Origin: an uncultured virus (IMG/VR IMGVR_UViG_3300042261_000615)
Lineage: Duplodnaviria > Heunggongvirae > Uroviricota > Caudoviricetes
Virus record (IMG/VR): IMGVR_UViG_3300042261_000615
Strand: one strand, 5' to 3'
DNA length: 64,000 nucleotides
The position numbers and the translations under genes are program-made. The notes beneath the pieces are model-generated. The model was not told the DNA's origin, searched no databases, and was given only the letters and a program-made list of their open reading frames with translations. This document shows, one piece after another, positions 50,569-60,835 of this stretch (the first letter of the stretch is position 1; every line of letters begins with the position of its first letter).

Positions 50569-51615
50569 TTATAATTTTTTATATTTTCCAAATACCAATA
50601 TCTCATTCGTTTCATCCAAATCGGATGACAGCCCATTGAATGTGAACGATATTTCTTTTAATGCACCATCATATGAATATGTATAATTGATATTGTTTAC
50701 AAATTTACCATCAATATATATTGTAAAAATATTATGTGTATCCGTTTCATTATTATTAGGAGTTGATAAAACGGGTAAAAATACATTTGTCAATTTCGCA
50801 GTAGTAGCGTTAACAAATTGGGCTATATCCGAACTGTTGGTTGATGCATATGTACTTAATGATGAATTATCGGAATTTTCACCGGTCAAATCAGTTTCCA
50901 TACCAACAATAATACGTTTGGGTGAGTATGATTTACCAACCACCGGTTTTTTTGCAAATTCATCAGGCAGCAGATATGCATTTACCGATAACGTAAATGT
51001 AGTACGTATTACACGTTCAGTTCCGTCACCAACATCCTGTTGATTATCAAAGTTTTCAATACGAACCCTAAACTTATATTTCAAAGGGTCTCCCCAATAC
51101 CTATCTGTGGCGAATTGGAATGCCTCAACAATTTTATTCATTTGTTCAGTAAATGCAGTCCATAACATAAGTTCATATGTAATTGTTACATAAGCAGGTA
51201 TAGCTACGGAATATTGTTCATATACAGGCTTTTCATTGTTTAACAAACTGAATCTATCGTATCGGTTTGTGGTGGAATACTTTTTATATGCAGGCATTGT
51301 AAGTTGCTCTCTGAAATGCTGCATTGAACTGTCACGTTCTATACTATTACGTTTGAACATAACAATCGGTGTTTGTATCTTACCACGGCTATCACGAAGA
51401 TACCCATCCTTTCTGGCGTTTACCCATCGTTCCGAATTACCATATATCAAAGGTACTTTAACGGATACCCCATTCTCATCCAAATCTGGAATAATTTGGT
51501 TAGATACATACTCAAAAATGGAAGTATCTATATCTGTTAATGATATTCCCTTTCTGAATTGCTCGTCTGTCGGCAATTGAGTTGCTCTGTTATCTTTAGT
51601 TTCGTAGTTCATCAA
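50569..51615 (-). CDS. Tail terminator / sheath stabiliser (gp15-like)
   Basis: VPLIYGNSERW, PAYVTITYEL, EQMNKIVE; context. Confidence 0.7.
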   Translation of the reverse strand: MMNYETKDNRATQLPTDEQFRKGISLTDIDTSIFEYVSNQIIPDLDENGVSVKVPLIYGNSERWVNARKDGYLRDSRGKIQTPIVMFKRNSIERDSSMQHFREQLTMPAYKKYSTTNRYDRFSLLNNEKPVYEQYSVAIPAYVTITYELMLWTAFTEQMNKIVEAFQFATDRYWGDPLKYKFRVRIENFDNQQDVGDGTERVIRTTFTLSVNAYLLPDEFAKKPVVGKSYSPKRIIVGMETDLTGENSDNSSLSTYASTNSSDIAQFVNATTAKLTNVFLPVLSTPNNNETDTHNIFTIYIDGKFVNNINYTYSYDGALKEISFTFNGLSSDLDETNEILVFGKYKKL

Positions 51616-52067
51616 ATACGGCGTTGTTCAATCTGTAGAGTACTTATACGTGTCATAAATGTTTCACATATAATTGAATATTTGTTATATGTTTGTCCAC
51701 CGACCAATTGGTCTTCTCTAACATTACTTACTTCAAAATATGCATTGTTGTGATAAAATATATCTCCTATTTCAGGATAAAACCCAATTTCTTTCAGTTT
51801 GAATTTATTAAACCTAAAGTCTACAGTCTGAACCGTATCAGATCCAAATCCTTCATATTGCGTAGATGTATCACTTCGTTCTATCAATGCGGTACAATTT
51901 ACAGGAGTGTAATATGTTTTAGACATAGATTCACCATATATATTGGGTGAACTTTTACCAATAACCAATTTATACAATGAAACTATAGTTTCAACGACAT
52001 CATCTACCAATTCACTTGAAATTGATTCAAAAAATGTCACATCTCGATTCAATACAAACCTAGGCAT
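51612..52067 (-). CDS. Neck / head-closure protein (gp14-like)
   Basis: NIYGES, PEIGDI, YFEV; context. Confidence 0.65.
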   Translation of the reverse strand: MPRFVLNRDVTFFESISSELVDDVVETIVSLYKLVIGKSSPNIYGESMSKTYYTPVNCTALIERSDTSTQYEGFGSDTVQTVDFRFNKFKLKEIGFYPEIGDIFYHNNAYFEVSNVREDQLVGGQTYNKYSIICETFMTRISTLQIEQRRI

Positions 52068-52086
52068 ATTATATAATTATTTTATT

Positions 52087-53244
52087 TTATCCAACATATA
52101 CACCCAAAGGTATTTTCTTCAGCATATCCTGTTGTTGCTGAAATTGGTTACTTCTATTTTCAAATTGAACCTTATTACTCAATTCTTCCAAAGTCTCACG
52201 CAATTGAGTCATCAATAACTCTTTTTCAGTTTGAGCTTCTGACCGTAATGCAGCTCCATCCAATGTTACTTCGGAACCCGGTATTGGAATTGTACTATAT
52301 TTTTCACGAATAGCACCCAACAATTCTTTAGATAAGGCAAGTGTGTATTTTCGTATCCATTGTTTACCAACATCATTTATATTCACATATGGAATAAAGT
52401 CATACCCAACATTTGAATAATCAGCAACCACATTATCTTTTGTTTGTGTGGAAAAATCCCTAAAATCATCATCAACGTAATATTCAAAATATACACGCTT
52501 TCTCATATTAGCTGCAGTTGGTATCGGAAATATTTGCAATTTATCGTTTACAATATTGAATGTATATGCAGACTTACGCATTTGGTCGTTGAACTCAATT
52601 GCCTGAATACGTAATAAATCTTCAAATATAGGCATCAATACAAATTGGGCGGCGGGTGAGAACGACCCGAACCCAAATTCATCAATCAAATTCAAAGTAC
52701 CCTGGCCGCTAACAGAATATGGATCAAAAAATCTATTTATTGCGGGTACTGGTTCGTGAAATACCTTTGTAATAACAAGTGCGTTACCATCTTCGTGTGT
52801 ATCAGCCCAAAGTTCCTTCAAATCATATGTCTGTTGACCATCGACTAAATCAACATATCCTTTCTTAATATCAACATCACCCCCAACACCAACAAGTGTA
52901 CCATATGTATCGGATATTTTTATAAGTTGATTGATATTCGTACCTTGAACTAACTTTTGAGTATAATTCGTATCAGTAGAACTACCTTGTAATACATTCA
53001 AATTATTTCGGATATTGAATTGATTTACCTGAGCACCATATTCTGAAATTGATTCTTCAAAACATGCATAAAAGTTTTCATCAAGCAACTCAACATTTTG
53101 AATCGGATACCCCAATCGTCTTGCACACCACAATGCTACCTTTGGGGCATCTGATTTGAAACGATAATCAGTATCGTATATTCCAAACGGAGTTTGTCCT
53201 GCGGAAAACGATGATGAACCTGGATATATTAAATAATCTGACAT
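52087..53244 (-). CDS. Neck protein (gp13-like)
   Basis: RRLGYPIQNVEL, WIRKYTLAL.KE.LG..R.KY..IP, LDG..L. Confidence 0.75.
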   Translation of the reverse strand: MSDYLIYPGSSSFSAGQTPFGIYDTDYRFKSDAPKVALWCARRLGYPIQNVELLDENFYACFEESISEYGAQVNQFNIRNNLNVLQGSSTDTNYTQKLVQGTNINQLIKISDTYGTLVGVGGDVDIKKGYVDLVDGQQTYDLKELWADTHEDGNALVITKVFHEPVPAINRFFDPYSVSGQGTLNLIDEFGFGSFSPAAQFVLMPIFEDLLRIQAIEFNDQMRKSAYTFNIVNDKLQIFPIPTAANMRKRVYFEYYVDDDFRDFSTQTKDNVVADYSNVGYDFIPYVNINDVGKQWIRKYTLALSKELLGAIREKYSTIPIPGSEVTLDGAALRSEAQTEKELLMTQLRETLEELSNKVQFENRSNQFQQQQDMLKKIPLGVYVG

Positions 53245-53309
53245 AGGTTTATGTGTTTATATTATATAAATATAGTAAACCCATTTATTTAGATTTTTGA
53301 TAATCTAAT

Positions 53310-54341
53310 TTACAATTTGGTAATAATAATATAACCATTACTTTGATTGGTATTATTGGATCCACTAACAATAGTGCCAGAATAATAAGTACCCCCACCC
53401 CCAGCATAAGAACTGTTACTTTGTCCGGAATTACCGCCACACGCTCCGCCGGAGTATCCGCCACCACCACCTGCCCAACCAATACTGTTAGCATCTGCGG
53501 ATGCATCTCCATCTACAGCACCACCTCCACCACCAAATCCACCCTCAACACCATTTATGTTTGAAGTTGAACCGGTAGTACCACCCAACCAATTATTAAC
53601 CCTTGATAATCCTTGCCCACCATTTGCCGCAGACCCGGATGAATTTACACCAGCACCCGGTCCACCATATAAAATAGGAGTAGGTGTTCTGTTAGTTATA
53701 TATCCACCCCGACCGCCCCAACCGCCGGATGCAGTTACAGGCAGAGTTATTACTACGCTAGATCCTGATGTTGTATTATACTTTCCACTTGCTGTTGCTT
53801 GGTTCGAATATAAATTTGTAGCGTTACCAGCCGCACCACCTCCACCACCAACAGCAACATAGTATGATAATGATGCACTATCATACATAAACGTACCACC
53901 ACCACCAGACCCACCATTATATGGACTTGCGCCAGAGCCGGTATATCGGTTTCCACCTTTTTGACCAATAACTATATTTATTTTCTGTCCTTGAGTTAAT
54001 ATAACATCTGTAATAACCAACGCACCATACCCACCATTAAATGAAATCGATGGATTACTACCACCTGCAGCACCCGCAGCCTCAACCCTATATGTTGCGG
54101 TTTCCGGAACTGTCCATTGTTGAATACCACGAATGGATGCGGTAAAAAATGATGGGGTTGTGACCCAATTTGCAGATGCCGAATACGATGAAGTCAATTG
54201 TTGATATGTTGGACCTTGCCTACCAACGGCGCCGGCATTTGTAAATGTAAACGATGTAAACGAATATAATGCAGATGATGTATTTTGATTTACATATACC
54301 GATTGGGGGTTGTATAAAAATGAAATTGGTATAATATTCAT
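53310..54341 (-). CDS. Glycine-rich virion appendage protein
   Basis: WTVP...GAAGG, GGSGGGGT, GGFGGGG, GGGGGYSGG. Confidence 0.65.
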   Translation of the reverse strand: MNIIPISFLYNPQSVYVNQNTSSALYSFTSFTFTNAGAVGRQGPTYQQLTSSYSASANWVTTPSFFTASIRGIQQWTVPETATYRVEAAGAAGGSNPSISFNGGYGALVITDVILTQGQKINIVIGQKGGNRYTGSGASPYNGGSGGGGTFMYDSASLSYYVAVGGGGGAAGNATNLYSNQATASGKYNTTSGSSVVITLPVTASGGWGGRGGYITNRTPTPILYGGPGAGVNSSGSAANGGQGLSRVNNWLGGTTGSTSNINGVEGGFGGGGGAVDGDASADANSIGWAGGGGGYSGGACGGNSGQSNSSYAGGGGTYYSGTIVSGSNNTNQSNGYIIITKL

Positions 54342-54342
54342 A

Positions 54343-56931
54343 TTATATCATATTTTTTGCCGAAACAACATATAGGGTAGACGCATCTACCGAAGCGAGG
54401 GTCAGTATATCGACACCAGTGGAAGTTGTTGGTACGTATGCGGAACCCGATGGTTGCTTTACATTTGGTGGGAAAGATACTGTGGCTGAACCAATACTCG
54501 ATACAACAATAATACTAGTCTGACCTGGTAGTATATTAGATGGATTTATATATGTATTTGTACCAGCAACCAATTGCAATGTGAAAAAGTTACCACTACT
54601 CAAATCCATAGATGCTGTATTAGAACTAATCAATAAACTAGTTATATTTCCACGATTAGATCCCGTTACTATTTGAGTACCATTAAAAGTATTTGAACCA
54701 GTTGTAGCCAACGATGCCGTATTAATACCAGTCATACCACTCAACGCATATGATGCGGTCAAAGATGATACAGAATACGATGATGTTCCCATTAAACTAC
54801 CAGTGATACCGCCACTTGTTCTCAACGACCCAGTTATGGTTTGATTACCAATAAATATGTTTGAACCTGTTAATGCGTAACTACCGGTATTTAGTTGAAT
54901 TGTATTCAATGCATATGATGCAGTTAATGCATATGATGCCGATATTGAATTGGTAGCAGTACCAAACAATGAACCTGTAATCGAATTTGAAATCAAATTG
55001 CCGCTTATAACAATCGAAGTACCATTTTGGGTTATTATTGAATCTCCAATGTGATCATCACCAACTGCCACAGTTACCGTACCCACAGTCAAACCTGCCT
55101 CACTTCCAAGAGACCCCGTATTTTTAGGACCGGATATAAACCTAGCAGATGTGTATGCACCACCATCGGGATTTTCATATATCCAAACGTTATTCGTAGA
55201 ATCCCACAATAAAGACCCCGTTTGACCACTACTGCCACTATCATAAACTTTTAGACCCGCCCATCTTACAGCAGGCGTATTTGTATTCAAAATTACAGTA
55301 TTAGTACCGATAGATACAACCGATGCTGTTATATTTTGTATGGATGATGACCCATATACAATCATATCACCCGTTATGTACATTGAGCCCGATAGTATTT
55401 GAGTGCCATTAAAAGTATTTGAACCAGTTGTGGCCAACGATGATGTATTTATAGAAATACCAGTAAGCATACTACCATTACCCGAAAATGAAGTGGCTGT
55501 AATCGTTCCAACTACATCTAATGCGGTAGTTGGTGTACGTTTACCAATCGCAACAGATCCTGAAAAATATGATGGAGTGTGTGTATCGGAATATATCGCA
55601 TAACTGCTTGTGGTGGATGTAGCGTATACACTATTATGAATATAAATTCCGTATAGTTCACTTGCATTTGAATATGCGGCACTGTCCCACGGGTGTATAT
55701 CGGACCCAATTTTCAATCCATATACCGTAGTATTTACCGAACCAGTCGCCATCACCCCACCACTCACGTTATCTTTCAAAAAATAAATACCAACTCCCGA
55801 TAGTTCATTAATACGCCCGGAATTGTAACCATACAACGCCAATCCAATAGATGATTCTACATACGACCCAGATGAGTTTACATTACTCATAGCCACCCCA
55901 TACATATCATTATTCAGTGGAGATGCAGATCTATTAAATACCCACCCATTTATAAAACTCATCTTATTGAACGAACCCGACTGATTTCTAGCATCACCAC
56001 CAAATGCCGTTATATTAGAACCTGTACCTATATAATCGTTTCGTCCATACCCTAATACGCCCGCTATTTCGGATATAGATGCAGCTGATACATTCTTCAC
56101 CAATGAAGTCAATCCATCGAATCCAGTAATATTTGAAGTACCACTATAACCTGTAAGTATTCTAACTGGACGGTGGTATGTTCCCGCTGTACCTGAATTA
56201 TACGATGATGTTATAAGTATCATCGTTGAATTGTTGATTTGGTTGGTTATATTTATAGATCCTGATAAATTCAAAGAACCAGTAAGTATTTGGTTTCCGA
56301 TGAATGTATTACTCCCCGTTGTAGCGAATACGGAAGCATGGTATCCATCCAATAAATCTGAGTTAGATGCCGATACTGCATACGAAGATGATATGGCTAA
56401 TGTAGAATATGAAGAACTACCCAATAAACTACCAGTAATACCGTATACATCCATATCAATACTACCGCCAGCCGTCATATCCCCATTCATATCAATCTTC
56501 CAAATATGGGCACCGATATTCCAATTGGTAACAAGTCTTACATATTCATCATCAACCCATACATAATTTTGACCATTATTAGATCCGATTTCAGACCAAC
56601 CACCGGGCCCAGCAGTCATATCTATATTAGAACCACCGGCTGTAATTACAGATCCGCTTATAAATCTTATAGTACTGTTTACATTATCGGAGCCTGATAT
56701 TATAACATCACCGATGATTTCTTGATTACCAATAAATCTATTTGAACCAGTCGTTGCAACAATACTCATATCGGCATCCTTTCCAGGTAATCCGCTTGAC
56801 ATTATACTAACAACAGTACTATTATCGGTTAATACCAATTGTGTCGAATCTGGATTGGTTATAGTTATAGTATTGGTTGCAACTGGGGATACAGTTACAT
56901 ATGTTGGATTATTTATTGTATCTAATGCCAC
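54343..56931 (-). CDS. Tail/whisker fibre protein with TGSNxFxGxQ repeats
   Basis: Five A(T/L)TGSNxF(I/N)G(N/T)Q repeats, SASYA repeats, Ser/Gly/Thr-rich. Confidence 0.7.
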   Translation of the reverse strand: MALDTINNPTYVTVSPVATNTITITNPDSTQLVLTDNSTVVSIMSSGLPGKDADMSIVATTGSNRFIGNQEIIGDVIISGSDNVNSTIRFISGSVITAGGSNIDMTAGPGGWSEIGSNNGQNYVWVDDEYVRLVTNWNIGAHIWKIDMNGDMTAGGSIDMDVYGITGSLLGSSSYSTLAISSSYAVSASNSDLLDGYHASVFATTGSNTFIGNQILTGSLNLSGSINITNQINNSTMILITSSYNSGTAGTYHRPVRILTGYSGTSNITGFDGLTSLVKNVSAASISEIAGVLGYGRNDYIGTGSNITAFGGDARNQSGSFNKMSFINGWVFNRSASPLNNDMYGVAMSNVNSSGSYVESSIGLALYGYNSGRINELSGVGIYFLKDNVSGGVMATGSVNTTVYGLKIGSDIHPWDSAAYSNASELYGIYIHNSVYATSTTSSYAIYSDTHTPSYFSGSVAIGKRTPTTALDVVGTITATSFSGNGSMLTGISINTSSLATTGSNTFNGTQILSGSMYITGDMIVYGSSSIQNITASVVSIGTNTVILNTNTPAVRWAGLKVYDSGSSGQTGSLLWDSTNNVWIYENPDGGAYTSARFISGPKNTGSLGSEAGLTVGTVTVAVGDDHIGDSIITQNGTSIVISGNLISNSITGSLFGTATNSISASYALTASYALNTIQLNTGSYALTGSNIFIGNQTITGSLRTSGGITGSLMGTSSYSVSSLTASYALSGMTGINTASLATTGSNTFNGTQIVTGSNRGNITSLLISSNTASMDLSSGNFFTLQLVAGTNTYINPSNILPGQTSIIVVSSIGSATVSFPPNVKQPSGSAYVPTTSTGVDILTLASVDASTLYVVSAKNMI
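54672..55442. repeat. 45-bp direct repeat (two mismatches) within the fibre gene
   Basis: tttgagt(a/g)ccattaaaagtatttgaaccagttgt(a/g)gccaacgatg at 54672-54716 and 55398-55442. Confidence 0.85.
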
Positions 56932-56944
56932 AATATATATATTA

Positions 56945-57325
56945 TTATCGAGTTACATTTTTGGATAAACGGATATTGCCCTCAATTAATCGAGTAACGG
57001 TATCCGAATATACCATTTCCAAATCATAAACTGCATCCGAAAATGTCAATAATGATGATGAATATGCGGATATACAGATTGCCATAGATCCTGATGATAA
57101 TGGTGTAGACCCGTTGCTTCCACTTAAATTTATACCACTACCATCCAATCCCATTACTGATGATAAACTTACATACACTTTATCCGATGTAGCATTTGGC
57201 CGTATTTGCATTCTAGCTGAATATCCTGATAAATCAACCGGATTGCCATCACCATCCGACCATTGTAATGGTATGTTTAACGTAGCTCCCTGCTCTATTG
57301 TAAACGAATATTTACCTGCTGACAT
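56945..57325 (-). CDS. Fibre adaptor-like structural protein
   Basis: IEQGAT, VDLSGYSARMQIR, AVYDLE, RLIEG; TATTTATA at 57350-57357. Confidence 0.65.
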   Translation of the reverse strand: MSAGKYSFTIEQGATLNIPLQWSDGDGNPVDLSGYSARMQIRPNATSDKVYVSLSSVMGLDGSGINLSGSNGSTPLSSGSMAICISAYSSSLLTFSDAVYDLEMVYSDTVTRLIEGNIRLSKNVTR

Positions 57326-57361
57326 ATATTAAATTATTACGTTATTACATATAAATATAAC

Positions 57362-57393
57362 AAAAAAGGGAAAGTGGTTACACTCTCCCTTTT
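57362..57393 (-). terminator. Terminator
   Basis: aaaaggga...tccctttt. Confidence 0.6.
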
Positions 57394-57420
57394 AAAATTC
57401 AAATATCTATAATCAACCCA

Positions 57421-57636
57421 TCAGTAACTCAGCAATGCGGCACAATAAGAAACACGCTTTGAATCATCCGGATGATTTACAAAATATGTGTATATTTTTT
57501 GAATTTTTGGTTTTGGTTGCGTAAGATAATAGTTATAATTTCTTTCAAACTGAGTCCCACTGAACATTTGATTCAACATTTCACCTTTAGTAAATGATTC
57601 AGTCAAAAATGGTTTTGCAATTTCAGTCAGTTTCAT
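57421..57636 (-). CDS. Small protein with MKLTEIAKPFLTES leader
   Basis: Start moved downstream of TATTTATA at 57658-57665. Confidence 0.55.
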   Translation of the reverse strand: MKLTEIAKPFLTESFTKGEMLNQMFSGTQFERNYNYYLTQPKPKIQKIYTYFVNHPDDSKRVSYCAALLSY

Positions 57637-57697
57637 ACTAATATTTATTATATATATTATAAATATAATAAAAAAGAAAAAACAATATGTATATGTA

Positions 57698-58042
57698 CTA
57701 ACAATACGATAACGATTGTCTACCGATTGTGTTCCACAAAGTCTCAGAATACCTAACACCATTTTCAATGGATGATTTCAAACAATTTTTCAAAAGTTCA
57801 TAAGTTTCAGTACTCAATCGTTCAAACCCAACCCCTTTAACCAAATAACGTTCACCATTGATATGAATGATATCACCTTTGGATACCGATGGTAGTTCCA
57901 AATATTGCGTTTCTGATGTATTCTGACCAAGGATGTAAATTGTCTCTAAAACAACATCAATCCCACAACTCTTGCATTCTTCAACCTCAACCGGTCGAAT
58001 CACACCCTTACCAAAATTCATCAGTTCAACTTCGTAAATCAT
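57698..58042 (-). CDS. Hypothetical protein
   Basis: 114-aa ORF; PSVSKGDII. Confidence 0.6.
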   Translation of the reverse strand: MIYEVELMNFGKGVIRPVEVEECKSCGIDVVLETIYILGQNTSETQYLELPSVSKGDIIHINGERYLVKGVGFERLSTETYELLKNCLKSSIENGVRYSETLWNTIGRQSLSYC

Positions 58043-58112
58043 AATTTAGTGTTTTAATTGGTCTTACAACACGAAGATACAATGAATATCTACAAATTCC
58101 AAATAATATGTG

Positions 58113-58307
58113 TTAAAAAATGTTAATATTCATCATGTTTTCGGTTAATCTTTCAGAGTATATCTTCCTTGCTTCTGCAAATTTCTCATCAAAATCTTCA
58201 GATTGAATTACTATTCTTTCAAACCATTCATCGAAAGAGATTTGTCCATTCGCTTTAACGTATTCATCGTACGCGATTTCCATTATTTGTTCTCCTACTG
58301 GTCCCAT
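58113..58307 (-). CDS. Hypothetical protein
   Basis: 64-aa ORF abutting the HAD gene. Confidence 0.5.
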   Translation of the reverse strand: MGPVGEQIMEIAYDEYVKANGQISFDEWFERIVIQSEDFDEKFAEARKIYSERLTENMMNINIF

Positions 58308-58308
58308 T

Positions 58309-58857
58309 TTAAATTTTATTTAAGATTTTTACACATTCTTCTGCGAGTTCCTGAGTGATTCCTTCCATCATCTCTGTATTGATAAACCAGTCCTTTTGGA
58401 AGTACAGCATATCAATGTCATCATCTAGAATTACATAAGTGAAATCTCTTCCGACTCTATTTGAGTCCATCATTTTAAATGAACCATCTTCTTTGTAAGT
58501 TCTATACTCTGCATCAAGTTCTGGCCAAGCATACCAAGGGTAATCAAGATGGTCATGGATCCATGTCTGAATTTCATTTCCTCTCACTGAATTAAAAGAT
58601 GATTTAACATAGTGATAATGAGACTTTGTCTCATCGATTATGTGTTCTCTCAACCACTCAGGGAATTCAAGCTTTGTTTTTTCAAGGTTTCCAGTTCTCC
58701 AAGATGAAGATATGACAACCTTTGCGCCGGTCTGCTCTATCACCCATTTTAACCGATCCATTGCTTCAGAGTTAAATCCTCTGAAATGGTCCTTTCCCAA
58801 GCAGATAACACCGTCTACGTCAAGAAATATGACTTTCCATTTTTCACCTTTTTTCAT
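58309..58857 (-). CDS. HAD-superfamily phosphatase (RNA-repair-associated type)
   Basis: FLDVDGVI, VISSSWR, RGNEI, YVILDDD. Confidence 0.85.
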   Translation of the reverse strand: MKKGEKWKVIFLDVDGVICLGKDHFRGFNSEAMDRLKWVIEQTGAKVVISSSWRTGNLEKTKLEFPEWLREHIIDETKSHYHYVKSSFNSVRGNEIQTWIHDHLDYPWYAWPELDAEYRTYKEDGSFKMMDSNRVGRDFTYVILDDDIDMLYFQKDWFINTEMMEGITQELAEECVKILNKI

Positions 58858-58880
58858 CTTTGTAAATTTTTAATGTAATA

Positions 58881-59207
58881 CTACGGATACAATGAAAGAT
58901 ATGATTCAAACAATAAGGTTATAAATGCTAATGGCGTTTCCACATTACATAGTTCCAACCGAGTACTAATCATAGCAAATGCAGTTGGACACCGAACTTG
59001 CCAATCGTATGTGTCAATTTCATATCGTAAATCAGCAATGAACCCATTCGTATGCGTAGCGTTTATCCGAACAAAATAACCGGAACGGCCGTTCAATAAA
59101 CATTCACCTACATCAGTAACCCAACACTCATATTGCCACCCACTGATTATGATAGTTGTCTTCATATCAAGAAGTTTCTCAAACCCGATAATCTGCAAAC
59201 GTTTCAT
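58881..59207 (-). CDS. Hypothetical protein
   Basis: ORF in the small-gene island. Confidence 0.5.
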   Translation of the reverse strand: MKRLQIIGFEKLLDMKTTIIISGWQYECWVTDVGECLLNGRSGYFVRINATHTNGFIADLRYEIDTYDWQVRCPTAFAMISTRLELCNVETPLAFITLLFESYLSLYP

Positions 59208-59233
59208 ATAATTACACCCACTTTATTATATTG

Positions 59234-59626
59234 TTACAATGTTAGTTTCAAAAAATCTACAAATTCAACTCTAAAATTCGTAATAGCAATATGGGTGGCG
59301 TCGTATACAACCTCAACCGTACTATCGTCCAGATTATACAAAACATCAACACATACATCCCCATTACGTATCGCACGCCATACTCTAACACCAATGCAAA
59401 TTATACGTACACCACCATATTTCCAGGGTGATGTGAACGTATCGGTATCAAACTCCAACAAATACGCATCATCCGATATTAAAAGTCCGGAAGCCTTAAC
59501 GCCGTCCGACCATACATTTGGATTCGCAATTCTCAATCGTTGTCCCATTCGATTATCGTTTTTATCATAAAATTGTACATACAACCAATACCATATACCA
59601 CATCGTTTCAAAATGTATGAAATCAT
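59234..59626 (-). CDS. Hypothetical protein
   Basis: ORF in the small-gene island. Confidence 0.5.
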   Translation of the reverse strand: MISYILKRCGIWYWLYVQFYDKNDNRMGQRLRIANPNVWSDGVKASGLLISDDAYLLEFDTDTFTSPWKYGGVRIICIGVRVWRAIRNGDVCVDVLYNLDDSTVEVVYDATHIAITNFRVEFVDFLKLTL

Positions 59627-59665
59627 CCACGACTTTCAACTATATAATTCAGATTTCCCATATTT

Positions 59666-59929
59666 TCAAATACATTCGGTGTGTTTTAGGAATAATTGCA
59701 CGTCTGGGTCGGTAATATTCAACCGTATCCCCGGTTTATCTAACACAATTGCACATGCCAATCGATAGACATCCCCCCTCATAATTGGGATGGCTGCATC
59801 ATTTACTATCACACTCTTAGTATTTTTACCCACCCATACGTCATGCCCATTAAGTCTGAATTTGACTTCACCAAATCCATCATCAATATTACTGATATTC
59901 CTAACTATTTTCATTACAAATTTCTTCAA
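59666..59929 (-). CDS. Hypothetical protein
   Basis: ORF in the small-gene island. Confidence 0.45.
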   Translation of the reverse strand: MKKFVMKIVRNISNIDDGFGEVKFRLNGHDVWVGKNTKSVIVNDAAIPIMRGDVYRLACAIVLDKPGIRLNITDPDVQLFLKHTECI

Positions 59930-60134
59930 ACACTATATACCAAAACGAGTGACCCTCGTTACTATTACCCCAGGTGAATGAACGATTAATCAAGTCAGCG
60001 GGGGTTAAGGCTAAATCAATCTGTTGTTGACGAGAATCGTTCCACTGGTCTTTCACATTATACAGCCACTTATCATAAACTCCCATTTCTTTGAGGCGTC
60101 TGATATATTCTGTCTTTATTTTTAATGTCGGCAT
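59901..60134 (-). CDS. Small protein, paralog of 60151-60357
   Basis: MPTLKIKTEYIRRLKEMGVYDKW...SFTWGNSNEGHSFW; start moved. Confidence 0.65.
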   Translation of the reverse strand: MPTLKIKTEYIRRLKEMGVYDKWLYNVKDQWNDSRQQQIDLALTPADLINRSFTWGNSNEGHSFWYIVFEEICNENS

Positions 60135-60150
60135 ATACTGATGTTTATAT

Positions 60151-60357
60151 TCATTTGAGTGAGATTTCTCTCCAATACTCATATCCGTCAGCGGTCTCCG
60201 ACCATACAAATGATATTCGTATGAATAGTTCCCAATCATAATAGCGCCACTCACTATCTCGATTAACAGAATCAACTATGGCAGTAAACCACTTATCATA
60301 AATCCCCAATTCGTTGAGGCGTCTAAGGTGGGTTGTAGGTATCGTCAGTTTTGGCAT
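60151..60357 (-). CDS. Small protein, paralog of 59901-60134
   Basis: MPKLTIPTTHLRRLNELGIYDKW...SFVWSETADGYEYW. Confidence 0.65.
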   Translation of the reverse strand: MPKLTIPTTHLRRLNELGIYDKWFTAIVDSVNRDSEWRYYDWELFIRISFVWSETADGYEYWREISLK

Positions 60358-60418
60358 AATCGTTTCTTTACTATTGTCGAATGTATTGGTTAATGATTCC
60401 CATATAGAAATATGAATA

Positions 60419-60730
60419 TTAGTTTAAGTATTCAGGTCCGTAGAAATTCCATCGATCAGTACCATCCCAAATGTTACCCCTACTATGTTTGGCTGGAGCG
60501 TTCCAATTAGCAGCCTTCATCAAATCACCAATCCGTACAGGAACTCCTTTGAAATAACCAGTATACATACATACAAATCCCCACACAGAATCTTCATCGA
60601 TGATTTTGACAAACTTAGTACCTTTTTTGTAAGTAAGTGGAGAATATGGTTTGTACGTATAATTCAAATCCCAATATTCTTTGCGTTTTTCATTGACTTT
60701 AGCCAACCAATCTGGAAATGATTTTGTCAT
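60419..60730 (-). CDS. Hypothetical phage protein
   Basis: GTKFVKI..SVWGFV...GDLMKAANWNAPAKHSRGNI; start moved to MTKSF. Confidence 0.65.
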   Translation of the reverse strand: MTKSFPDWLAKVNEKRKEYWDLNYTYKPYSPLTYKKGTKFVKIIDEDSVWGFVCMYTGYFKGVPVRIGDLMKAANWNAPAKHSRGNIWDGTDRWNFYGPEYLN

Positions 60731-60777
60731 AATTGTATATATCTTAGTTCCACACTCAATAACAATGTAAATGTACA

Positions 60778-60816
60778 AAAAATAACCCATACTGCAAAAT
60801 AGTATGGGTTATTTTT
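60778..60816 (-). terminator. Long inverted repeat overlapping a promoter-like box
   Basis: aaaaataacccatact...agtatgggttattttt. Confidence 0.6.
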
Positions 60817-60835
60817 ACGTTAAATCTTTCGGTAA

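Noticed and set aside
53285..53512. Small membrane protein ORF
   Set aside because: An alternative frame of the glycine-rich gene, whose GGT repeats read as Val runs.
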